A stretch of 64,000 nucleotides of DNA from Eledone cirrhosa (GCA_964016885.1 OZ024748.1:33418001-33482000); one strand, 5' to 3'; counted from the first letter of the stretch, positions 1 through 12,875 are shown. Numbers and translations are program-made. Notes: a model not told the origin generated them from the letters alone.

Positions 1-199
1 CTATCATCTCCTCTCCTGGTGACATGTCAACACCGGTTTAACATATGCATATATAAATATATATACACACACACACATATATACATATACACATATATAT
101 ATATACATATATATATATACAGGGTGAGACGATATTTACATATACATATACACATTATATGTACATATACACATATACATTTACATATATACATATATA

Positions 200-908
200 T
201 ATGCAACTTTTACAAACAATTACAATGACAGAGGACGGAGACATCGTTATGCTAGCAGGGGACTTCAATGGTCATGTTGGACAGCTCCAGGATGGTTACT
301 TTGGGGTACATGATGGGCACGGTTACGGCTCAAGAAATGAAGGAGTGAGACTTCTTGAATTTTGTGATGCAAGTACATTGACTATTTGCAACACTAACTT
401 CCAAACACCTGCCAACCCCACCTAATAACCTACAAATCTGGGGAGCACATGAGCCATATTGACTTCTTACTAGATAGGCAGCGGGACAGGCAGGTGGTGG
501 CAAATACCAAGGCATACCCTGGGGAAGAATGTACCCCACAGCATAGGAGCGTCGTTAGTGCTATCTCAGTAAGCAAGAGATGGAATGAGACATACAGGAA
601 GGTGTGTAAAAGAAAGGTCTGGAAGCTAAAGACCTTTCACTAAAATACAAATTTAGGAAAGCCCTTCAAGATGTGTGACATAGATAATAACTGGAATTTC
701 TTCAAGAGGTATGACATAGATAATAACTGGAATTTCTTACGTGACAACTTACTGCAGGCTACTGATGAAACTTGTGGCTGGAGCAGAACTCCAACCAGAC
801 AGAGAGTGACCTGGTGGTGGAACAGCACAGTAGATAAGGCCATTAGAGAAAAAAGACTAGCACGGAAGGCTTGGAAAAAGGGTGGGAGTAGGGAAGGATA
901 TACAGCCA
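200..908 (+). mobile_element. RTE-clade LINE fragment (APE endonuclease C-terminus and linker), pre-duplication
   Basis: GDFNGHVG, IDFLL and RVTWWWN motifs in fragmented ORFs. Orthologous copies at ~28429 and ~63499. Confidence 0.88.
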
Positions 909-932
909 CTATGTGTATGTATATATATATAT

Positions 933-1887
933 ATATGAAAAAGTGAGTCCTTCATCAGTGACCCTCCAACCGTCCTCGGCTTTAAGGGCCATATGCCTCA
1001 GGTTGGTGCGAACAACGGCTAAAAAAAGTCGTTGGGACACGTAAATAAAGGGGGACGCTAGAGTAACAACAAAAAGGTTTAAGCAACGGAAAGTGAGTAG
1101 AAATAGACAAGTCCCAGATCTCTATGAATATAAACTCTGTGAAATCGTGAACAAGAGACGAAAGACCATCAAACCTGGTTGAAATGTGAGCAAGGAAAGA
1201 ATTTCGCCCAAGTTTGACGGGAGGGAAAAAAGAGAGAGAGAGAGAAAGAAAAAGGAGAGAAGAGGAAGAAGAAGAAGAAGAAGAAGAAGAAGAAGATAAG
1301 GGGGTCTGGTCTACGAATTCGGTAAACGCAAGTTTTTGTGAAGTCGCAGACGAAAGAGAGAGAGAAAAAAATTCCATACCAGCTCGGTCAAGACTGCGCG
1401 AGAAAAGAATTACACACAGGTCAAACTTGAAGGAGGAGGAGGAGAGGTAGTGACAGAGAATGAGTGAGTGAAAGTTGAGGAGAGAGTAACAGAGAGGGAG
1501 ACTGCTAGAAGTGGTAAAGATACAAGGAACGAAACAGACGAAGGCAGCATGGAAAAAATATATGTGTAAATATGATGATAATAATGGAGCTGCGGCGTTG
1601 CAAATGGGATACATATGAAAAAGTGAGTCCTTCATCAGTGACCCTCCAACCGTCCTCGGCATTTCATCGCTTTAAGGGCCATATGCCTCAGGTTGGTGCG
1701 AACAACGGCTAAAAAAAGTCGTTGGGACACGTAAATAAAGGGGGACGCTAGAGTAACAACAAAAAGGTTTAAGCAACGGAAAGTGAGTAGAAATAGAGGA
1801 CGGTTGGAGGGTCACTGATGAAGGACTCACTTTTTCATATGTATCCCATTTGCAACGCCGCAGCTCCATTATTATCATCATATTTAC

Positions 1888-1888
<1 letters not shown>
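933..1888 (-). mobile_element. Non-coding element with Penelope-like partial-tandem plus inverted terminal structure
   Basis: Direct repeat 933-1107/1613-1797 (10-bp indel). Perfect 93-bp inverted repeat 1565-1657/1796-1888. Flanked by (TA)n. Diverged homologue at ~50870-51400. Confidence 0.6.
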
Positions 1889-1919
<31 letters not shown>

Positions 1920-2059
1920 ACATATATGTATATATGTGTGTATATATATTTATATATGTATGTATATATTTATATATATATATATATATATAGGTGTGTG
2001 TGTGTGTATATGTATGTGTGTATATACACTTATATGGTATGTGTATGTATATATGTGTA

Positions 2060-5000
2060 TGCGTTTGTGTATACTCAGAATTTGTCAACTATTATTGATG
2101 GTCACTCGCTCGTTCAGTCTACTTCCAAGAAATGTAACGTACATATCTCATTTTCTTCTCAACTCTCCACCCAACCCTTCGCTTCATTCATCTATATATC
2201 TTACAGTCCCCCAGAATCAAAAATCGTATTCATAATTGTCTTTTTATAATTCTGTCTCACTGTTGTTCTAAAAAATAAGTCTGCTCCTCACGAACTACCC
2301 AATACCCCTCCCTCCCGCCCCCACTCACCACATTATTATTTGGACCAATCACAAGTAAACGACCTATGCTAGCACTTCTGGCTGCTTTTCGATATGATGG
2401 ATGAACTAGGGAATTCCTGGAGAGTAAGAAGAATCTGGACACCCGAAGACAATGCAAAAGATAACGACAAATTCACCTCATGCTGCCGGACGAAAGGGCA
2501 AGGCCCCCACCCTCTCAGTTGCGGCCGCGGATGGCCAACATAACCCCAACCCCATCTCCCTGCACCCCATCCACCAAACGCAATCCAAAATTTCAGAGTT
2601 GGTACCATGAATGTAGGGACCTTAAAAGGCCGCTCTAACGAGGTTGTAGAAATGCTTGAACGTAAGGAGGTTGATGTCTGCTGTATCCAAGAGACCAGGT
2701 GGAGGGGCGGGTCTGCTAGATTCATTGTGGGTAAAAAACGATGCTATAAGCTTTTCTGGGTGGGAAATGACAATGGGCTGGGTGGAGTAGGAATCATGGT
2801 AGCAGAAAAATGGGTGGATAAGATAATAGACGTAAATAGAGTAAACGACAGAATAATTAAAATAAGACTTGTTCTAAATAGAACTACTGTGACGATAATA
2901 TCTGCGTACGCGCCCCAATCCGGACTGCCTGGCGCTATAAAAGACACTTTCTATGAGACACTGATGCTCACTACCTCCCAAATAACCGACAGTGACTATA
3001 TTATTATTGCTGGCGACCTAAATGGTCACGTTGGACAACATTGTGACGGCTATGATGGAATCCACGGAGGCTATGGGTTTGGTACTAGAAATGAGGAAGG
3101 CTCCAGAATCCTGGAATTCTGTGACGCAAATAATCTAACAATCTGTAACACTAACTTCAAAAAACGAGACAATCACTTGATCACCTACAGATCAGGGGAA
3201 CATACCAGCCAGGTAGATTATATCCTTACCAGAAGACGTGACAGAGTGTCTGTTGTAAACACCAAATCCCTCCCCCATGAAGAATGCACCTCCCAACATA
3301 GACTGATAATTAGCGACCTCATAGTCAGGACGAGACGTACCCGACAACAGAAGAGGACTATCCTCAGGAAAAAAATACGGAAGCTAAAGGACCCTACAGT
3401 CAGAAATAAATTTCAAAGCATATTACTTGATGCTTTCGACAGTAAGGAAGAGCATTTAGAGTCGTACAATATAAAGGAACAGTGGGAATTCCTGAAAGCA
3501 AACCTGCTGATGGCGGCAGACGAAGTCTGTGGCCGGAGCAGGCCTATAGTCAGGAGGAGAGTAACATGGTGGTGGAACAGTAAGGTGGAGGAGGCGATTA
3601 AGGCCAAAGAGCAAGCTTGGAAAGTATGGCGGGATGGGGGGAAGTAGAGAAGACTATCAAGTGGCCAGGAGGGAAGCTAGGAGACAAGTGTACTTCGCAA
3701 GAAGGGAAGCAAAGGAAAGAAAGTTCAAGCATGTTCTACAATGCGAGGACCAAAAACGTGAGGTGTTCAGGATTGCTAGGCAATGTGTCAAGGAAAACCA
3801 TGATATTGTCGGGGAGAAGTGTGTACTAAATGATGATGGCGTACTTGCCATCACTGACGCTGATAAGAAGGTAGCTTGGAAGTGTCACTACGAAAGGCTA
3901 CTAAATGAGGAGAATAAATGGGAGAAGGATAGTCTCCCCCAGATCGATCCAATAGAGGGACCAGCAGTGTGAGTTGAAGGTAGTAAAATAAGTAAGGCAA
4001 TCAAAGATATGAAGACGGGTAAGGCGGCTGGGCCTTCGGAAATAGTTGCTGAGATGCTGAAAGCCTCTGGAACGGTGGGACACACCATGGTCACCCGGAT
4101 AGTAAACCAAGTCATACAGAATGGGGTTGTTCCGAAGTACTGGCGTAGCAGCATCATCATTAACTGTTACAAGGGTAAAGGAGACGCCCTAGATAGGAGT
4201 AACTATAGAGGCATTAAATTAATCGACCAGGTCATGAAGGTCACAGAAAAAGTAATAGTGCAACTAATCAGAGAGAGAATTGATCTAGATGAAATGCAGT
4301 TCGGGTTTGTGTCAGGCAAAAGTACCACAGACGCTCTTTTCATTGTACGACAACTACAGGAGAAGTACCTAGCTAAAAGTAAACCCCTATACTTAGCCTT
4401 TGTCGACTTGGGAAATGGGAAAGCGTTCGACAGAGTCCCCCGTTCCATTATCTGGTGGGCTCTTAGAAAACTAGGTGTTGATGAATGGCTTGTGAGAGCT
4501 ATACAAGCCATGTATGAAGAAACAGTCAGCAAGGTTAGAATTAACAACGAATATAGTGAAGAGTTTAGCGTAAAAGTTGGTGTTCATCAGGGCTCTGTTC
4601 TTAACCCCCTACTATTTATTATTGCCCTACAGGCTATAACAGTGGAGTTCAAGACCGGCTGCCCATGGGAACTCCTATACGCAGATGATCTAACGCTCAT
4701 AGCTGAATCAATGGCCGAGCTAGAGAAGAAATTCCAAACATGGAAGCACGGCCTAGAATCAAAAGGCCTTAAAATTAACCTGGCTAAGACTAAAGTTCTA
4801 GTTTGTAGGAAAGAAAATAAGGCGCCGGTCCCTTCCAGGAAATGGCCATGCTCAGTGTGTAGGAAAGGCGTAAGTAGAAACTCCATTTTATGTCCCAAAT
4901 GCAAAGTATGGGTGCATAAAAGATGTAGTGGGATCACAGGTAAGCTAACTAAGAACATAGATATTACATGTGGCTGGTGCTCTGGTGCAATAAGTAGCAG

Positions 5001-6105
5001 CAAGTGCCCAAAAATACTAGCTCTTTCAATTGCGCAGAGGGTTCTATAGAAATAGTGGACAGCTTCCGTTACCTGGGTGACAAAATCAGCAGTGGGAGTG
5101 GGTGCTCAGAAAGTACAGTAGCTAGAGTCAGAACTGGATGGAAAAAGTTCAGAGAGCTTATACCACTATTAGCCGCTAAAGGGTTCTCCCTAAAAATGAA
5201 AGGCAGGCTGTATGATGCCTGCATACGAACAGCAATGTTGCATGGCAGTGAGACCTGGGCATTGTGTGCAGAGGATATACGCAGACTAGAGAGGAACGAA
5301 GCTTGCATGCTCCGCTCGATGTGTAATAGTAATATACGCGAACGGCAAAGCATAAACGAACTAAGGGAAAAATTAGAAATAAGAGGGATCAGATGTTGTT
5401 TAGTCGAGAGAAGGCTACGTTGGTATGGTCACGTGATGCGCATGAAAGACGACAGCTGTATAAAAAAGTGCAGGGCAATAAAGTTAGACGGTAGCCACGG
5501 AGTAGACAGACCCAGAAAAACCTGGGACGACCTGATAAATTCCGACCTCATACACTTACACCTCTCCAAGACAATGTCACAGGACCGAGATCTACTCAGT
5601 AATAGAGAAGACCCGCCTTACCTGAAATACAAAGTAAAACCTACTACAGTCAGTAGGCATCTCTAACAAAACACACCCCCGCCCCACTCCATCCACACTG
5701 CCCCTTTCAATGTAAAGTTATGTTGGTGCCGAAACAAATGAGATCGTGTAGGTGTCATGACAAAAAAAACACACAGTCCACGCTGTAATGTGGCCGTGTA
5801 GGCAACACGATAAAAACCTCCCAGTCCCACACTGTAAGTGTGGTTGGTGTTAGGAAGGGCATCCAGCTGTAGAAATCCCGCCAGACAGTCCACGCTGTAA
5901 TGTGGCCATGTAGGCAACACGGTAAAAACCTCGCAGCCCCACACTGTAAATGTGGTTGGTGTTAAGAAGGGCATCCAGCTGTAGAAAACCCGCCAGACAG
6001 TCCTATGCGAGCAAGACAACCACTCTTGCCTCAAGTGGAAAACTCCCGTCCAAACCCATGCAAGCGTGGAACATGGACGTTAAATGATGATGATGATGAT
6101 GATGA
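2060..6105 (+). mobile_element. Near full-length RTE-clade LINE (subfamily A), frameshifted
   Basis: APE domain (NVGTL, CIQET, SAYAPQ, GDLNGH, SQVDYIL) in ORF 2607-3647. RT (YRGIKL, QFGF, GVHQGS, LYADD, YLG) in 4009-5666. Internally repeated 3' UTR and (GAT)n tail at ~6084-6105. 5' boundary approximate. Confidence 0.95.
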
Positions 6106-6147
6106 TATATATATATATATGTGTGTGTGTGTATATATATATATGTA

Positions 6148-6212
<65 letters not shown>

Positions 6213-6213
6213 T

Positions 6214-6266
<53 letters not shown>

Positions 6267-6510
6267 ATATATATATTTACATATATATGTGTGTGTGTGT
6301 ATATGTATATATATACATGTGTGTGTATGTATGTATATGTGTGTGTATGTGTGTATATATGTATATATATATGTGTATATATATATATATGTGTATGTAT
6401 ATATATATATGTGTATGTATATATATATATATATATATGTGTATGTATATATATATATATATGTGTGTATGGGTATATATGTATGTGTGTATGTATGTAT
6501 ATATATGTAT
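6106..6510. repeat. Compound (TA)n/(TG)n microsatellite
   Basis: Directly visible. Source of the spurious Y/I/C/V/M ORFs. Confidence 0.97.
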
Positions 6511-7720
6511 ATCATCATCATCACCGTTTTACGTCCGTTCTTCCACGCTAGCATGGGTTAGACGGGTTGTCCTGTTGTGGGCAGTGTCTGGTCGGCTGAC
6601 CATGCCTTGCTCATACAGGAACTGATCTGGCTTGATTTCTACAGCTGGATGCCCTTCCTAACACCAACCTCATTTACAGTGAGTGCTGGGTGCTTTTTCG
6701 TGGCGCCTACACGTCCACTTTACAGTGTGGGCTGGGTGCTTTTTTGCCGTGGCACCTCCACGACCATGGGAGGTCGGGTACCCTGTATTACTGCGTGACG
6801 CCAGAAGTCACGGTCGTGTGTCATTGACTTTGAGAGGTGTAGTTGGGTAAGGTCGGCTTTTATCACCTCATCCCAAGTCATCTTGGGTCTCCCCACTCCG
6901 CGGTTTCCATCAACTTCTAGTGCTCTGCACCTTTTTATGCAGCTGTCATCCTTCATACGCATCACATGTCCATACCAGCGTAACCGCCTCTCCTGCACGC
7001 AGCATTTGATTCCTCTTATGCTCAGTCTCTCTCTCAATTCCTTTATGCTTTGTCGTTCACGTATATTACTGTTACACATCCATCGGAGCATGCAGGCTTC
7101 GTTTCTCTCTAATCTACGTAAGTCTTCCACCTTCAGCGCCCAGGTCTCACTACCATGCAACATCGCTGTTCGGATACACGCATCATACAGTCTGCCTTTC
7201 ATTCTGAGGGAGAAGCCTTTTGCAGCTAGCAGTGGTAGTAGTTCCCTAAACTTCTTCCATCCCGTTCTTACCCTAGTTATTGTACTTTCTGAGCACCCAC
7301 CTCCGTTGCTAATTCGGTCACCTAGGTAGCAGAAGCTGTCTACTGTTTCTACAGGGCCCTCCCAGAGATTGGTGGTACTTGTTTCCTGTGGCTGTTTGCT
7401 TGCTGTTTCAGCACAGCTGCTGCATGTGAATCCTACATTCTTAATTAAGCTTCCTGAGATCCCGCTACATCTCTTGTGTACCCATTGTTTGCATTTGGGG
7501 CAGAGAATGGAGTTCCTACCTACACCTTTCCTACATACTGAGCAAGGCCATTTCCCTGAGGGGATCTGGGTTCTGTTTTCTCGTCTACTTATAAGGACCT
7601 TAGTCTTTGTCATGTTGACTTTGAGGCCCTTTCTCTCTAGTCCCTGCTTCCAGGTATGGAATTTCTTCTCTAGTTCTACCATAGATTCAGCTATGAGTGC
7701 GAGGTCATCAGCATACAGGA
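6511..7720 (-). mobile_element. 5'-truncated RTE LINE (subfamily B)
   Basis: LYADD..PHD-like finger..YLG..MLHGSETW..RRLRWYGH in ORF 6720-7949, with (GAT)n tail at the left end. Near-identical to 24561-25603 and to the 3' part of 30625-34882. Confidence 0.94.
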
Positions 7721-8096
7721 TATATATATATATGTATATATATGTATATATATATTTATATATATATATATATATGTATATGTGTATATATATATTTATA
7801 TATGTGTGTGTATATATGTGTATGTGGGTGTGTCTATGGGTGCGCGCGAGTGTGTGAGTGAGTGTGTTTTGTGAATGTGTCTGCTGATTTTGGCATATAG
7901 TTGAATAGTTTAAGAGAAATTTGAGGACAATTGTAAGATATGCACTCAATATTTTGAATTTGTCTACAGAATTCTCTAAACCTTTGTCACTTAGTAAAGA
8001 ATTTAGCTTTTAAAGAATCTCCCTTTCCTTCTATCTACCATGACTGACCCCCACTGATTTTATAGACACCTGTTAGCTTAAGAGAAACTTAATAAT

Positions 8097-8148
8097 TGTT
8101 TCTACTTTTGGCACAAGGCCAGCAATTACCCAGTGCTTTACTGGTACT
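8097..8148 (-). mobile_element. 5'-truncated SINE tail with 19-bp target-site duplication
   Basis: TSD ttaagagaaacttaataat at 8078-8096 and 8149-8167. The insert matches the 3' end of the SINE at 41157-41341. Confidence 0.85.
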
Positions 8149-8496
8149 TTAAGAGAAACTTAATAATAAGGATTGGCATGCCATCCTGAACCTGTTTATA
8201 GAAGTCTTTCTGCCTTTGTTACTCTAAAAATAAAAATAAACTATAACTTTGTAGAATTAGCTTTTAATGAATTCTATCAACCAATGACCTACACCCATCC
8301 CACTCCCCACCCTCTCCTACCACTTGTAGAGACCTATATATACCATACTTATTTTTTGATACCCAGATTCCTGATGATTTCTAAAGAATGAAACAGTTCT
8401 AGTCCTGTAGAATCTCATCTATATTAAAACTTTTATACTCTGCTATGTATTGAGTACCTTACTTACTGTGGTTACCTCCGACTCAACCCGGAATAA

Positions 8497-8633
8497 TGTA
8501 TATATATATACATATATATACATATATATATATACATATACTTATATATATATATACATATATACATATATATACATATATATATATATACATATACATA
8601 AATATATATATATATATATATACATATACATAA

Positions 8634-8685
<52 letters not shown>

Positions 8686-8721
8686 ATATATACATATACA
8701 TAAATATATATACATATACAT

Positions 8722-8755
<34 letters not shown>

Positions 8756-8909
8756 ATATATACATATACATAAATATATATACATATATATATACATATA
8801 TATATATATATACACATATATATATATACATATACATATATATATACATACATATATATACATATACACATATACATATATATACATATACACATATACA
8901 TATATATAC

Positions 8910-8940
<31 letters not shown>

Positions 8941-8943
8941 CAC

Positions 8944-9002
<59 letters not shown>

Positions 9003-9117
9003 TATATATATATATATATACATACATATATATATATATACATACATATATATATATATACATATATACATATATATACATATATATATACATATATATA
9101 TACATATATATATATAC

Positions 9118-9164
<47 letters not shown>

Positions 9165-9170
9165 TACATA
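8497..9170. repeat. Long (TA)n/(CATA)n compound microsatellite
   Basis: Directly visible. The orthologous tract at ~38598-38788 is much shorter. Confidence 0.97.
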
Positions 9171-10290
9171 CATGGCTTGTATAGCTCTCACAAGCCATTC
9201 ATCTTACCTAGTTTTCTAAGAGCCCACCAGATAATGGAGCGGGGGACTCTGTCAAAGGCTTTCTCCAAGTCAACAAAAGCTAAGTAGAGGGGTTTACTTT
9301 TAGCTACGTACTTCTCCTGTAGTTGTCGTACAAGGAAAAGAGCGTCTGTGGTACTTTTACCTGACACAAACTCAAACTGCATTTCATCTAGATCAATTCG
9401 CCCTCTGTGACCTTCATGACCTGGTCAACTAACTTAATGCCTCTATAGTTTCCTCCATCTAGAGCATCCTCTTTACCCTTGTAGCAGTTAATGATGATGC
9501 TGCTACACCAGTCCTTTGGTATGACCCCATTCTGTATTACTTGGTTTACTATCTGGGTGACTATAGCATGTCCCACCATTCCAGATGCTTTCAACATCTC
9601 AGCAACTATCTCCAAAGGCCCAGCTGCCTTGCCTGTCTTCATATCTTTGATTGCCTTACTTATTATACTACCTTTAACTTGCACTGCTGGTCCCTCTATT
9701 GGATCTATTTGGGGCAGACTATCTTTTTCCCATTTATTCTACTCATTTAGTAGTCTCTCGTAGTGACACTTCCAAGCTATCTTCTTATCAGTAAAAGTGA
9801 GAGAAAGTACACCATTACGTACACCCTTCTCTCCGACAATATCACGATTTTCCCTTGACACTAGCAATCCTGAACACTTCATGTTTTTGGTCCTCTTGTT
9901 GTAGAAAATGCTTTATCTTTCTATCCTCTGCTTCCCTTTTTGCAAGGTACACTTGTCTCCTAGCTTCCCTCCTGGCCACTTGATAGTGTTCTCTACTCTC
10001 CCCCATACTTTCCAAGCATACTTTTTGGCGTTGATTGTCTCCTCCGCCTTACTGTTCCACCACCAAGTTACTCTCCTCCTGCCTATAGGTCTGCTCCAGC
10101 CACAGATTTCATCCGTCGCTTTCAGCAGGTTCACCTTCAAGAATTCCCACTGTTCCTATATATGCTACGTCTCTAATTGTTCTTCCTTACTGTCAAAAGC
10201 ATCAAGTAATAAGCTTTTAAATTTGTCACTGGCTGTGAGGTCCATCAACTTCCATATTCTTCTCCTGAAGATAGTCTTTTGTTTTATGTT
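9171..10290 (-). mobile_element. Degenerate RTE LINE internal fragment (pre-duplication)
   Basis: RVTWWWN, KAAGP, YRGIKL and [10 protein letters not shown] motifs. Orthologue at 38790-39905. Confidence 0.9.
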
Positions 10291-10348
10291 CATTGTTCAT
10301 CACACACACACATATAATTGATATTCTCTTTGGAATTATTGATGAAAC

Positions 10349-11170
10349 TTGTTAGTGACACAACAAGAGAAGTTCCTAGCCAAGATTAAGTTGCTTTATT
10401 TAGCTTTTGTAGATCTAGAAAAGGCATTTGACAGAGTACTTCACTCTGTTATCTGGTGGTCTTTCAGAAATTTAGGTGGAGAATGGCTTGTGAGAGCAGT
10501 GCAAGCCATGTACTGAGGAGCTGTCAGTAAAGTGAGAGTAGGAAGGGAGTTTAGTGAGGAATTTAATGTACAGGTAGGTAGGTTCAGTTCACATCACAAC
10601 CCACTGCTGTTCATCATAGTTCTCCAGGCCATAACCAATGAGTTTAGGACTGGCTGTTCACGGGAAACAGTCTATGTGAATGATCTGGTCCTTATAGCTG
10701 ACTCCATAAAAAAACTAGAGAATAAGTGACTCTACTGCATATGTAGGAAAGAAATAGACATAAACTGCACACAATGATAGCTTCCGCTCTCTAGGTGGAG
10801 AGAAATGGAGCGACCATGCTTTGTTGGATGTGTAACGTAAATGTGAGAGGAAGGCAGAGCTTGGATAAATTGAGGAAGAAATTGGACTTCAGAAGAAACC
10901 GAAGTGATGTGCAAGAGAGAAGACTGCTTTGGTATGGATATGTGATATCCATGGATGATGATCGCTGGTTAAAGAAGCGACAGGGAATACCATAGTAGAG
11001 GTAGACCTAGGAAGACCAGGGTAGATGTGGTGAGAGCTGATCTCAAATTGCTGTGACTCACAAAGGAGATAACGAAGGAACAATGGAGTGGGGAGATGTT
11101 GTGCTTAAAAGGACCCATCCAACCCATGCCAGGATTGAAAAACGGAGGTAAAACTATGATGATGGAGATG
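10349..11170 (+). mobile_element. Degenerate, internally deleted RTE LINE 3' fragment (pre-duplication)
   Basis: [30 protein letters not shown] with a GAT-type tail. Orthologue at 39972-40805. Confidence 0.87.
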
Positions 11171-11493
11171 AAGTAAATTAAATCAAAACAGATTTAGACT
11201 AAAGGTAGTGAACCACGTAAGGTAGTGAACCACATAATTAAAAAGATGGAGGTAATTTAAATAATAAAGATATCTTTAAATTACTTCAAGCAATAACAAA
11301 GTACAGCTAAATATAAACTCTATTTTATAATGTAAGGTAGCGAACAAGATAATCAAATAGACGGAGGTATTTTAAATAATAAAGAGTCATGATAAAAATA
11401 TATTTTATATCACATGTAACAGTGGAATCTGCTTAATTACTGGATCGTTGTAGGGTTCACATATAGACATTAAGTAAATCTTTGTCAACTTAC

Positions 11494-11694
11494 CTCCTTC
11501 AGATATAATCAATGTGTTGTGTTGTTAGTTTTTACTAAACAACCAAAGAAATAATCTCTTTGTTATGAAATTAGAAGTTTCAAAGATGTTATCAGCTTTA
11601 TTTCACGACATTACGTTGGTATATCTTCTTCATCTTTAGTCATAAATTGATATCTTGTCAGAATGAAGTTGTGAGGCTGACTTCATGTCTTTAG
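11494..11694 (-). other. Candidate non-coding upstream exon of a ZNF transcription unit
   Basis: Minus-strand acceptor ..ttcctatcaaatctgtag| at 11695 and strong donor GAG|GTAAGT at 11493, in non-TE sequence shared by both units. No transcript evidence. Confidence 0.35.
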
Positions 11695-12464
11695 CTACAG
11701 ATTTGATAGGAAATATATATATATTAGGTTGATATGTGGTCTAAAATATATATATATTGTCTATAAATGACTGATAGCATATGTTCTGGTGAAATAGTAG
11801 TTTTACTACTACAAGATTGTAATGGAACTCTTAGTAGACACAATTGTAAAGTAAGAATAGATATGACAGTGTAAGACTGATGTCGGGGAAAGAAAATTGT
11901 GATATATATATATAATTGTTACACAAGAGATATAATTAGATTAATTAAATTAATTAAAGTTATAATGAAGACAGCAGGTACTCGGTGTCGTTGGGAATGT
12001 TTCAACTCCGTTACCGGTGTAAGTTAAAAGTTCCTGATATAATTTAATACATTCAGACAGTTCCCATCGTATTTAATTGATCGTAAATCAGAAAGTATCA
12101 CTCAGTAAAATATCAATTATATATAAATAACACCTCTACGTAGTCTCTTTAAATGCTAGAAATAACAGTGATAGTATCCATTACAACTTAGTTTTTCTGT
12201 TTAAAATCTCCAAAATTTAGTTATACAATCAACAGCAAATCTTTTGTATAGACTTCGGAATAAACTGGAAGACCGTCAGAATATCATTCTCCCTCTTGTA
12301 TATATATATATATATATATCATATATATATACATTTAGGTTTGTTGGTTCACCACTCGATAGAACTGGTCATTCCGTATAGTCAACCTTGATGTAATATT
12401 AGGGAGAGCACTCAACGTAATCCTATATTTCAGGTTATTGTTATCATAACTGTCTTTATTATTT

Positions 12465-12815
12465 GGAGGTATCGGTAGAGAGTTGGACACCATGTTTTCC
12501 AGCATAGTTACGTCCCTTTACAATCTGAGTTCAAATCCCGCGGAGGTTAACTTTGCCTTTCATCCTTACGGGGTCGATAAAATAAAGTACCGTTAATGCA
12601 CTGTGTAATTGCTGGCCTTATCCCAAAAGTAGAAACAATTATTTAAAATACCTCGGGCGATGGATTGGCAGTATTGGTAGAGCCATGCTTTGAAACATAG
12701 AGTTACCTCCCTTTATAATCTGAGTTGAAATCCCGCTGAGGTTAACTTTGCCTTTCATCCTTATGCGGTCGATAAAATAAAGTACCAGGCCTTGTGCCTA
12801 TATAAGAAACCATTA
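12465..12815 (+). mobile_element. Two tandem tRNA-derived SINEs (octopus OR-SINE-like)
   Basis: A-box-like tggcagtat(t/c)ggtagag, B-box gagttcaaatccc, shared body ttgcctttcatccttacggggtcgataaaataaagtacc. Orthologues at 48368-48782. Confidence 0.85.
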
Positions 12816-12875
12816 TAACTTTAATTAATCTAATTATATCTCTTGTGTATCAATTATATATATATATATATATAC

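Noticed and set aside
665-738. Short tandem duplication DIDNNWNF x2
   Set aside because: A local deletion-plus-duplication within a dead RTE fragment (units 2 and 3 retain the ancestral state), with no sign of function.
982-1662. 226-aa and 78-aa ORFs with poly-S or poly-E runs
   Set aside because: They come from a purine-rich (GAA)n tract inside a non-coding repeat. The frame is not conserved in the 50870 homologue.
2607-3647. 346-aa ORF that could be annotated as a host 'craniofacial development protein 2-like' gene
   Set aside because: It is the APE endonuclease of an RTE LINE, contiguous with RT and a (GAT)n tail.
6005-9198. Long Y/I/C/V/M/H-rich ORFs (also at ~19, 1672-2249, 13805-14130, 38528-38809 and 55776-56190)
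   Set aside because: These are translations of TA/CA/TG microsatellites that lack stop codons, not genes.
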